Positions 38,293 to 45,872 of a DNA stretch of 46,781 nucleotides are shown one piece after another; positions within the stretch are counted from its first letter, which is position 1, and the number at the start of each line of letters is the position of its first letter. Both the position numbers and the translations under genes were made by a program. The DNA is from Candidatus Hadarchaeota archaeon (GTDB lineage: Archaea > Hadarchaeota > Hadarchaeia > Hadarchaeales > Hadarchaeaceae). The notes beneath the pieces were generated by a model that worked only from the letters and a program-made list of their open reading frames with translations, did not search any database and was not told the origin of the DNA. The DNA is taken from positions 1 through 46,781 of the forward strand of contig CAYFPZ010000063.1 of NCBI GenBank assembly GCA_964345105.1, given 5' to 3'.

Positions 38293-40635
38293 TTATTCCT
38301 TCTTCACCCTGATGAGTCTAGGTACTAGGGTGGGATCTGGGATTTCGCCCTCCTTCCAGCCCTTCTCCTTGAGTACTCCCATTACCTCATCCTTCATCGT
38401 AATTGGGATGTCGGTGACTGAACGCACAAATAAGTGGATATCGTCGGGTAAGGTTCCGTAAAGCCTCCTGTGCAGGTCAATGTAATGATTTAGCTTTATT
38501 GCCCTGCCTTTAGTTGTGTCGTTGGGCCTCATGCAAAGTTTGGGTATCATTATCATCGCTTCCTCTTTTGTCTCCGCCGTGCAGAACAAATGTTCAGGCG
38601 TTGGCCCTACATAAACGCGCCTCCCTGAGCGAGCGTCGATCACATGCCAGTCCTCTTCACGGTCTTTCCTCCCCAAGAGCATGCGTCTATATTTAGATCC
38701 GTGTGGCCCGACGATGACCGGAATACCAAGCCGCCAACAACCGCTGGCTATGGAAGCGGCCTTTTGGGACATCGCCCCCCAAGCTACACCAACCGCACCA
38801 ACTCGATTGTGTATATAGTCCGCGATTTCCTCGTAATTTGCACGGAGCTTACGCTTAGCGAAAATGCTCGCTATCTTGATCGCGGCCCCTGTTATGTGGG
38901 CATTGGCGACACAAGAGCCTACGTTGACGAGTCCTCCGGCATCGAACACTCCGGGGTAGGTTTCGTAAAGGCCGACCCCTTCCTCATTTTTATAATTCGC
39001 GATGCTCATGGCGGAGCATCCCGAAGTTGTTATGATATAGCGGCGCTTCGCGAATTCATCGACCATGCTTCCAACATCTTTCCAGCTACCCGGATAGTTT
39101 GAGCAACCTACGAATGCCACGACTCCAGGTATTTCACCCAAGACTATTGGAGAACCCACGCGCCTTATTTCTACATCTTGGATTGCGCCTCTCCCAACCC
39201 GGATCTTACTCTTTTCCTCTTTGATCTTCGATCTCGATGCTCCGATCATCATGGTGTGGGGGAGCAAATCTTGGGGACAGACCCCCTCGCAACGCCCACA
39301 GCCTATGCAAGAATCGTAGAGGTCCAAGAACTTCTGTAAGTCTCCTTTAGCCGCTGCCTCCATAGCTTCGGGAATGGGCAAATCGTTTGGACAGGCCCGC
39401 CTGCATGCATCGCACTTCGTGCATAGCTTTGCTGCCTTGATTATCCCCCCTTTCGCTGGAACCACTTTGAACTTGTTCCGTTTTGGAGCTACTTCGATCG
39501 CTACTCTAACAGCTACTTCTCCGACCTTTTCTGGATCGACGATAAACGCGCCAGGGCTCTTCCCTTCCACGAGATCTCTCACTATTTCATCCGCTGGGTC
39601 CAAAGTTCGGTTGGGCAACCCTTGAGAATTCTTGGGATTTGTCGCAATCAGAGGTGCCTTGACCTTCTGAGCTTCAATGAGTACATCCGCACGAATGCAT
39701 TGCTCATCGGTTACGATAATATCCGGGATGCCGTTCCTCACGAATCGCAGTTGCCAGGAGAGCGGCCCAACTATTTTGGCCCTCGAATGATGTCTAGTGA
39801 TATCATGAGCTGTACAGCATAGCCCACAGAGCTCTACTTTTTCCTCGAGCCCCCTTTCTTTTAAGTAATCCATTATCCCTATTGCAGGCGGAACATTGTG
39901 TCCGATGACTAGGATAACTGGCTTAGATGCATCGATTGAACCCATGCCTATTTCAGCGAGCGGAGCTTCTGGGTCAGCTTTTGGAAAACCGTAGGTCGAG
40001 ATTTGCGCTATATCTGCTATCTCCATGGCGACATGATCTATCATGCCAGCATGGAACACTTTGGACTCAAAATCCAGATTGTTGCCTTCCTGCCCGGTGT
40101 GGGTGGCAGAAAGGAGTTGGACGATTTCAGTTTCGCAGTAATCGAGAGCATCTTCCAAGTCCCCAAGACTTCTGGGCTTGATACCCGTTACCAAGCGGAG
40201 GTGAGGGGCCTCAACTTCAACGTTTTCCGCCCCCACGTTGATTGGATAGTCTCGGCCATATTTCTCCATCAAATGGTCGAATAAGTGTCTGGCGTGACCG
40301 CAATGGGTTGCTGCCCCTATGCAACACGCTAGCAAGACGATGCGTGACTGCTGTGCCGCCATGTCGAGCCCGCATGCTCCTCGCTTTCCTTGACTCAGAT
40401 CGCACTTACCCATCGTGCACAGGCAACAGAGATCGCAGAACGGTAGGTAAAAGGGCTTGTATTTATTTAAAAGCTTGAGGTCCCATTCCCTCAGGGCCCC
40501 TATCTTAGGCATTGGGGTTGGGCCAGCCTTTTCCTCCCACTCCTCTATGATTTTACCTATGGTTAACTCGAGGCCTTTTGCCCTCACGAGGCCTGTTTCA
40601 AGTTCATCGAGTTTGATTCGCGCTTTGGAGCCCAT
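38293..40635 (-). CDS. cdhA: ACDS complex alpha subunit (archaeal Ni-CO dehydrogenase)
   Basis: CDLCCLCTMGKC, C-cluster ligands GHNV/CCTAHD/DEQC/GCSN/SGCS/GSCV, and two extra ferredoxin motifs (CTKCDAC..CP, CIGCGRC..CP). Confidence 0.97.
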   Translation of the reverse strand: MGSKARIKLDELETGLVRAKGLELTIGKIIEEWEEKAGPTPMPKIGALREWDLKLLNKYKPFYLPFCDLCCLCTMGKCDLSQGKRGACGLDMAAQQSRIVLLACCIGAATHCGHARHLFDHLMEKYGRDYPINVGAENVEVEAPHLRLVTGIKPRSLGDLEDALDYCETEIVQLLSATHTGQEGNNLDFESKVFHAGMIDHVAMEIADIAQISTYGFPKADPEAPLAEIGMGSIDASKPVILVIGHNVPPAIGIMDYLKERGLEEKVELCGLCCTAHDITRHHSRAKIVGPLSWQLRFVRNGIPDIIVTDEQCIRADVLIEAQKVKAPLIATNPKNSQGLPNRTLDPADEIVRDLVEGKSPGAFIVDPEKVGEVAVRVAIEVAPKRNKFKVVPAKGGIIKAAKLCTKCDACRRACPNDLPIPEAMEAAAKGDLQKFLDLYDSCIGCGRCEGVCPQDLLPHTMMIGASRSKIKEEKSKIRVGRGAIQDVEIRRVGSPIVLGEIPGVVAFVGCSNYPGSWKDVGSMVDEFAKRRYIITTSGCSAMSIANYKNEEGVGLYETYPGVFDAGGLVNVGSCVANAHITGAAIKIASIFAKRKLRANYEEIADYIHNRVGAVGVAWGAMSQKAASIASGCWRLGIPVIVGPHGSKYRRMLLGRKDREEDWHVIDARSGRRVYVGPTPEHLFCTAETKEEAMIMIPKLCMRPNDTTKGRAIKLNHYIDLHRRLYGTLPDDIHLFVRSVTDIPITMKDEVMGVLKEKGWKEGEIPDPTLVPRLIRVKKE

Positions 40636-40664
40636 CGAATCACCCTGGTAATTGTGAATATCGG

Positions 40665-40682
40665 TATAACGGCGTTATAAAA
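40665..40682. promoter_or_regulatory. cdh operon TATA box with overlapping inverted repeat
   Basis: TTTTATAA (minus strand, 40682-40675) about 40 nt upstream of the cdhA ATG. TATAACG-G-CGTTATA palindrome at 40665-40679. Confidence 0.55.
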
Positions 40683-40690
40683 TTAACGGT

Positions 40691-40746
40691 AGTAATATCG
40701 ATCTCTTCGGGACTCATACCCACCTCTTCGGCGCCGCTTCTTATTC
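40691..40746 (-). repeat. Inverted copy of mer segment 42749-42804
   Basis: Manual alignment: 52/56 identical. Confidence 0.92.
40692..40719. promoter_or_regulatory. NikR-like box GTAATA-N16-TCATAC upstream of the cdh promoter
   Basis: One half-site is identical to the nikR-proximal operator and the other to the E. coli half-site; spacer is 16 bp. Confidence 0.45.
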
Positions 40747-40747
40747 C

Positions 40748-40778
40748 CTCTATCAAATGGTCGGCTAAGTATCTGGCG
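40748..40778 (+). repeat. Direct copy of internal cdhA segment 40264-40294
   Basis: Manual alignment: 27/31 identical. Confidence 0.85.
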
Positions 40779-40779
40779 G

Positions 40780-40834
40780 GGCCTGTTTCGAGTTCATCGA
40801 GTTTGATTCGCGCTTTGGAGTCCATCGAATCGCC
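40780..40834 (+). repeat. Direct copy of cdhA RBS/5' end 40590-40644
   Basis: Manual alignment: 52/55 identical, offset 190 bp. Confidence 0.93.
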
Positions 40835-40955
40835 TTGTTTAAATTTGCATCTACCAATAATAACCTTTTTGAATTGTATGAAATTTTTTATTCATTTTTT
40901 TGGAAAAATGCTTAAAAAACAATAAAACTAGGCACAAACTGGAGCACCGAAAAAA

Positions 40956-41237
40956 TTATTTGTTAGGTTTTGCCATCTTAGCTATTTTTTTAAGCTCTTT
41001 CGCCCTAGAGAGGGTTATAAGTTTTCGTTCTTTTAGATCGTCGATGCATTTCAATGCATATTCACACCATGTGACACATGAAGGCGTTGCCTCTCTATGC
41101 AACATTCGCCCACAATTGTAACATTTTGCTTCGGTTTCGTATCCCAAGAATTCTACTTCTTCGCCGCAGGCTGGACAGGTTCTTACTACTATTTTTGGCT
41201 CCACGAGTTCCTTAGCACCTGGGCATCTCTTCAGCAT
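40956..41237 (-). CDS. Small Cys-rich metal-binding protein (8 Cys; Zn-ribbon/Fe-S-like)
   Basis: CPG...CPACGEEVEF...CYNCG...PSCVTWCEYALKC; GGGG RBS. Confidence 0.8.
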   Translation of the reverse strand: MLKRCPGAKELVEPKIVVRTCPACGEEVEFLGYETEAKCYNCGRMLHREATPSCVTWCEYALKCIDDLKERKLITLSRAKELKKIAKMAKPNK

Positions 41238-41275
41238 TTTCCCCAGCTTTTTGGATATAATTGTGTACTTAAACG

Positions 41276-41289
41276 ATTTAAGCTTAAAT
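41276..41289. promoter_or_regulatory. Perfect 14-bp palindrome in divergent promoter
   Basis: ATTTAAGCTTAAAT between the Cys-rich gene and cooC; contains TTTAAG on both strands. Confidence 0.4.
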
Positions 41290-41374
41290 TTTTAACATGA
41301 GCGAAAGAAAGCTACTGTTAAAGTCCTAGACGGCGAATAAGTTTTAGGACGGAAAATAAAATTAAGGTGTTCGA

Positions 41375-42154
41375 ATGGAAAAGAAGAGGTTGGTTTTAGC
41401 CATCTCCGGAAAGGGCGGGGTGGGCAAAACCACTCTGGCCGCTTTAATGCTCAAAATCTTAACCGAAAAAAAGCAAAAAAGCATCTTGGTCATCGATGCG
41501 AATCCCGACTCAAATCTCTCCAATCTCTTGGGAATTTCTAATGGCAAAAAAACAGTTGGGAACGTAATGGATGAGCTGAAGAAGTCCCTTTGGAAAGGCG
41601 AAATCCCGCCAAACGTGATGAAGAAGGATATTCTCGAATACCACATTTTTGAAATTTTGGAGGAATCTCAGAATTTTGATCTCTTAGTAATGGGGAGGAG
41701 TGAGGGTGAAGGATGCTATTGTCTGTTGAACAAGCTCCTTGCAGATATCATCGACACGCTCTCTAAAAATTACGACTTGACGCTAATGGACGAGCATGCA
41801 GGGCTAGAGCACATAAGTCGGAGAACCGATCGGGATGTTGATGTAATGATAATCGTCACAGATCCTAGCTCCATGGGATTCCAGACAGCGCGGAGGATAA
41901 AGGAGCTAGCTAAAGAGGTCCACATCGAGTTTAAAAAAATCTACCTGGTGGGGAACAGGTTCACGTCTGAGATGGAGCCGATGCTAGAGGGTGAAGCAAG
42001 TAAAGTAGGCGTTGAATACGCTGGTAATATCCCGCACGATGATAATGTCCTCAAATATAACCTCACGGCTCAACCCTTAGTTAAGCTACCACCAGAAAGT
42101 CCAGCCCTTCAAGCTGTAAAGGGAATTTTGACGAGGATAGGGCTTTTAGAATAA
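41375..42154 (+). CDS. cooC: CODH/ACS nickel-insertion ATPase CooC
   Basis: SGKGGVGKTT, IDANPDSNL, MGR.EGEGCYC, AGLEHISR. Confidence 0.93.
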   Translation: MEKKRLVLAISGKGGVGKTTLAALMLKILTEKKQKSILVIDANPDSNLSNLLGISNGKKTVGNVMDELKKSLWKGEIPPNVMKKDILEYHIFEILEESQNFDLLVMGRSEGEGCYCLLNKLLADIIDTLSKNYDLTLMDEHAGLEHISRRTDRDVDVMIIVTDPSSMGFQTARRIKELAKEVHIEFKKIYLVGNRFTSEMEPMLEGEASKVGVEYAGNIPHDDNVLKYNLTAQPLVKLPPESPALQAVKGILTRIGLLE

Positions 42155-42180
42155 AAGAACTAGTATGTTGGAGGGTTCAT

Positions 42181-43170
42181 TTGAGATTTGGGATAGAGTT
42201 TGTGCCTTATGAGCCAGTTGAGAATGTGGTCAAGCTTACAAGAAAGGCCGAGGAAGCGGGGTTTGAATACTGCTGGGTCACAGACCACTTTCAAAATCGA
42301 AATGTTTATTCTTTCCTAACCACCATCGCCCAAAATACCGAAAAAATAATGATTGGGCCTGGAGTCACAAATCCCTATCTTATCCACCCCGCGGTCACTG
42401 CCTCGGCAATAGCATCGATTGACGAGATCTCAAACGGTAGGGCGATTTTGGGCATTTCTGCTGGAGACAGGACAATCTTGAGTTCGCTTGGTGCGAAACT
42501 TGAAAAGCCCCTTACAACCATGTCTGAAAGCATACAGATCATAAGGAGGCTCTTGGCGGGCGAAAAAATAGATTTCGAAGGAAAAATCTTCACTCTGAGC
42601 GGAGTTAAGCTCAACTTCAAACCAAAACACGAGATACCAATTTACATGGGCGCCCAAGGACCGGAAATGTTGAGCCTAGCGGGTAAAATCTCCGATGGGG
42701 CTCTCGTCAATGCGTCTCACCCTTTAGACCTAAATTATGCGGTTTCGCGAATAAAAAGCGGCGCCGAAGAGGTGGGTAGGAGTCCCGAGGAGATCGATAT
42801 CACTGCATATACTTCCTTTTCGGTTGCAGATTCTAAGGAGAAGGCAAAAGAGGCAGTGAAACCTGTAGTTGTTTTTATAGTTTCGGGGACCCCTTCGGTC
42901 GTGCTTGAGAGACACGGGATCCCGACCGAGGATGCATCTAAGGTTAAAGAAGCGCTAAAGTCGGGAAAATTTGGGGAGGCGATGGCTGGCGTCACTGAGG
43001 CGATGCTCAACTCTTTTTGTATCCATGGCACTTCCGCTAATTGCATCAAGCGGATTGAAGAGATATCAAAAAGTGGTGTGACTCAACTTGTGATTGGTTC
43101 CCCTATCGGGCCTGATCCTTCGACCTCGATTGAGATTATTCGAGACAAGATAATGCCGAGTTTTCGGTAA
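42181..43170 (+). CDS. mer: F420-dependent 5,10-methylene-H4MPT reductase
   Basis: RFGIEFVP, WVTDH..NRNV, GPGVTNPY, IYMGAQGP.ML, NASHP, GSPIGP. Confidence 0.92.
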   Translation: MRFGIEFVPYEPVENVVKLTRKAEEAGFEYCWVTDHFQNRNVYSFLTTIAQNTEKIMIGPGVTNPYLIHPAVTASAIASIDEISNGRAILGISAGDRTILSSLGAKLEKPLTTMSESIQIIRRLLAGEKIDFEGKIFTLSGVKLNFKPKHEIPIYMGAQGPEMLSLAGKISDGALVNASHPLDLNYAVSRIKSGAEEVGRSPEEIDITAYTSFSVADSKEKAKEAVKPVVVFIVSGTPSVVLERHGIPTEDASKVKEALKSGKFGEAMAGVTEAMLNSFCIHGTSANCIKRIEEISKSGVTQLVIGSPIGPDPSTSIEIIRDKIMPSFR

Positions 43171-43190
43171 AAATAATAATAGGCCCACCC

Positions 43191-43961
43191 ATGATTGCGA
43201 AAAGAAAAATCCTAAAAATAGATTTTAGAGGGTGCAAGAAAGCTGAAAAAGAGGATTTCATAGCCGTTGATAAACCTATCAACATCTTCGTTAATGGGAA
43301 TTATTTTGTCACTCTCATGGCTAGCCCAAGAAATATTCGAGAATTGGCGATTGGTCATTTGCTAGAGCAGGGCATCATTAGTATGCTGGAAGATATCGAG
43401 CATGTGAGCATAAGGGGAAAAAACGTCAACCTGAGGACAAAATCTGAAATTCAACTTGAAGCTACCAAATTCCCGAAGGTAATTCCGACCGCTTGTGGCG
43501 CATCGGAGGACATCATTGAACTTCTGGGTAAATCGGGTGCACTAAAACTCAAGGTGAAATTTAGTGCAGAAAACATTTGGGGCGCGTTTAAATCACTTCA
43601 CTCTGCATCTAGGATATTCAAAAAAAGCGGGGGCACCCATGCGGCGGCTTTGTTCACGTGGGATGGAAAATTGAAATTCTGCATAGAGGATGTCGGGAGG
43701 CATAACGCGGTAGACAAGGTCATCGGGAGGGGACTAATCGAGGGTGTGAATTTTACAAGGAGCTTCATGATTTCGACAGGTAGGTTATCGGCGGATATGG
43801 TAATCAAGTGTGCGAGAGCCGGGATACCGCTTGTTGCATCAAAAGCAGCCCCTCTTGAATCCGGCGTCCTAGCGGCTGAGATGAGCGGCTTGACGCTTGT
43901 CGGTTTCGTTAGGGGGAGACGAATGAACGTGTACACGCGCCCTGAACGGGTGAAATTTTAG
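43191..43961 (+). CDS. fdhD: Formate dehydrogenase sulfurtransferase FdhD
   Basis: GGTHAAAL, EDVGRHNAVDKVIG, TGRLS..MV.K, TLVGFVRG.RMNVY. Confidence 0.92.
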   Translation: MIAKRKILKIDFRGCKKAEKEDFIAVDKPINIFVNGNYFVTLMASPRNIRELAIGHLLEQGIISMLEDIEHVSIRGKNVNLRTKSEIQLEATKFPKVIPTACGASEDIIELLGKSGALKLKVKFSAENIWGAFKSLHSASRIFKKSGGTHAAALFTWDGKLKFCIEDVGRHNAVDKVIGRGLIEGVNFTRSFMISTGRLSADMVIKCARAGIPLVASKAAPLESGVLAAEMSGLTLVGFVRGRRMNVYTRPERVKF

Positions 43962-44582
43962 ATGGGAAAGCTCGGCATTTTGGTTTTAGCGGGTGGGGGC
44001 AGCAAGAGGTTCGGTAGAGAAAAGCCCTTTTTCGAGATAAACGGGAAACCCATGATTCAGCATGTGGTAGGAAAGGTCTCCAAACTATCCAAAGAATTAG
44101 TGATATCGTGTAGGTCTAGCCGAGAAAAACTGGTGAGAATGTTTCCTAGTGCAAAAGTCATTGTGGACAAGGATGAGAGGAAAGGGGCATTAACGGGCCT
44201 AGTGAGTGCGCTTCCTGAGGTCAAATCTGAGTACACAGCTTTGGTAACTTGCGACTGCCCGAAGATCAAGCTGGAAGTCATTGAGTTGTTATTTGAGAAA
44301 GCGAAAAACCATGGCGGTGCAGTCGCGAGATGGCCGAATGGTTACGTGGAGCCACTTCAAGCCGTTTACGAAACGGAAAAACTGCGAAAGGCCGTGAACG
44401 AGGTGTGGAAAAGGGGGGAAATGAGGTTAATGGAGGTCCTAAATATAGTCCCGGATATCGTTTACGTATCGACGGAGGAGCTGGGGGAGATTGATTCAAA
44501 ATTGGAATCATTCCTTAATGTGAACTCACCTGAGGACATAGAGCTTCTGTCAGCGGGAAATCTAAATAGAAGATATAGGTAG
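43962..44582 (+). CDS. mobA: Molybdenum cofactor guanylyltransferase
   Basis: LAGGGSKRFG.EK, G.L.GL..AL, CD.P, EPL.AVY, FLNVNSPED. Confidence 0.9.
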   Translation: MGKLGILVLAGGGSKRFGREKPFFEINGKPMIQHVVGKVSKLSKELVISCRSSREKLVRMFPSAKVIVDKDERKGALTGLVSALPEVKSEYTALVTCDCPKIKLEVIELLFEKAKNHGGAVARWPNGYVEPLQAVYETEKLRKAVNEVWKRGEMRLMEVLNIVPDIVYVSTEELGEIDSKLESFLNVNSPEDIELLSAGNLNRRYR

Positions 44583-44636
44583 GCGAGTTAACCCTGAAAA
44601 CCTCCAACCATTCTATAAACAGCATTTACCAAAACC

Positions 44637-45854
44637 ATGTTAATGGTGATAATTACGTCAAGGCCAACCTCGCCTTTTAATTCAATCATGGTGGTCGGTG
44701 TCAACACTAGGCCAATCGTCAAATCAGCGAAGGCCCTCGGCTTGAAAACTATTGCTGTAGATTGTTTTGGCGACATCGATTTGCGGGGATGTGCAGATGA
44801 TGTATTTTCCGTTAGGTCCGCCGAGTTGAAGGTTCATCCTAAAAGCTCGAAAAGACCTAGTCTCTTTCATCTCTCGCTTGAAGCTCTTGAGGCCCACAAC
44901 GTCGATGCGATCATTTTAACATCGGGCATAGAGCACTACTCAGCGTTTATCGGGGATATTGGAAAGAGGGCAAAAATAATCGGAAATGACACGACCCGCT
45001 TGGAGACGTGCAAAAATAAAGAGAAACTTTTTCGCATAGCCGATAGACTTGGCATCCCCTACCCGCTCACACGTAGGGTTCGAAAGCGAGATGAAGCATT
45101 AGAGGCCGCACGGGATATCGGGTACCCCGTTGTTTTGAAGCCGGCCTTTGGAGGCGGCGGCATCGGGATAAGGCTTGCTAGGTCATCGGATGAGTTAGTG
45201 CGATTTTTTGGAAGGGTGTTGTCAGCGGGTGATAAAAAGAGTTTGTACGTGCAAAAGTACATTCAAGGCATCGATGCTAGCACATCTATCTTGTCAAATG
45301 GTGATGAAGCCAAGTGTCTAACAATTAACGAGCAAATCATAGGCGACAAACGGTTGGGCGTGCCTAGGCCATTTGGTTACTGTGGTAACGTGATACCTCT
45401 AAACAAACCCGAGTTTGAAAACCAAATCTCCGAGGCCTCGAAAGCGATTTGTGAGGAGATAGGATTAGTGGGCTCGAATGGGGTCGATTTCGTCCTTTCT
45501 GACCGGCCATACCTAATGGAGATAAATCCCAGATTTCAGAACACGATAGATTGCGTCGAAGGACTTCTCGGCATAAACCTCGTAGAAGAACACATTCGTG
45601 CTTGTGGAGGCGAGGTGGGGAAATACAGGCAACCAAGGGGATATTCGGTAAAGTTAATTTTGTATGCTAAGAAGGATGTCGAAATTCCTGATTTAAAGAA
45701 GATCCCAGACATAGTCGATATCACTCCTGAAGGTTCCATTGTCAGAAAAGGGCACCCTATCTGCAGCATCTTGAAGTTTGGCCAGAGCAGGAATGAGACT
45801 ATTGCTAATGCATACGTTCTTGCAAGTAAGATATCAAAACTGAATAAAGCTTAG
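44637..45854 (+). CDS. ATP-grasp family protein (COG2232-like, associated with archaeal C1-carrier genes)
   Basis: R.IV.SA..LG, D.FGD.DL, YPVVLKP..GGGG, Q.YI.G, YCGN..P, GSNGVDF, EINPRFQ. Start uncertain. Confidence 0.8.
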   Translation: MLMVIITSRPTSPFNSIMVVGVNTRPIVKSAKALGLKTIAVDCFGDIDLRGCADDVFSVRSAELKVHPKSSKRPSLFHLSLEALEAHNVDAIILTSGIEHYSAFIGDIGKRAKIIGNDTTRLETCKNKEKLFRIADRLGIPYPLTRRVRKRDEALEAARDIGYPVVLKPAFGGGGIGIRLARSSDELVRFFGRVLSAGDKKSLYVQKYIQGIDASTSILSNGDEAKCLTINEQIIGDKRLGVPRPFGYCGNVIPLNKPEFENQISEASKAICEEIGLVGSNGVDFVLSDRPYLMEINPRFQNTIDCVEGLLGINLVEEHIRACGGEVGKYRQPRGYSVKLILYAKKDVEIPDLKKIPDIVDITPEGSIVRKGHPICSILKFGQSRNETIANAYVLASKISKLNKA

Positions 45855-45872
45855 GCAGCGAACTCTCGAGGG

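Larger units (their letters stand above)
40640..40825 (-). pseudogene. Chimeric 61-codon ORF built from fragments of cdhA (two) and mer
   Basis: MDSKARIKLDELETG (cdhA N-terminus) + ARYLADHLIE (cdhA internal ARHLFDHLME) + IRSGAEEVGMSPEEIDIT (mer IKSGAEEVGRSPEEIDIT). Confidence 0.75.

Noticed and set aside
40590..40834. CRISPR array or diversity-generating-retroelement template interpretation of the repeats
   Set aside because: No regular repeat-spacer period, no cas or reverse transcriptase in the window, and mismatches are not adenine-specific.
44645..44657. ACG start 5 nt after GGTGA for the ATP-grasp gene
   Set aside because: In-frame ATGs at 44637 and 44643 follow a TATA-like box, so a near-cognate start is not needed.
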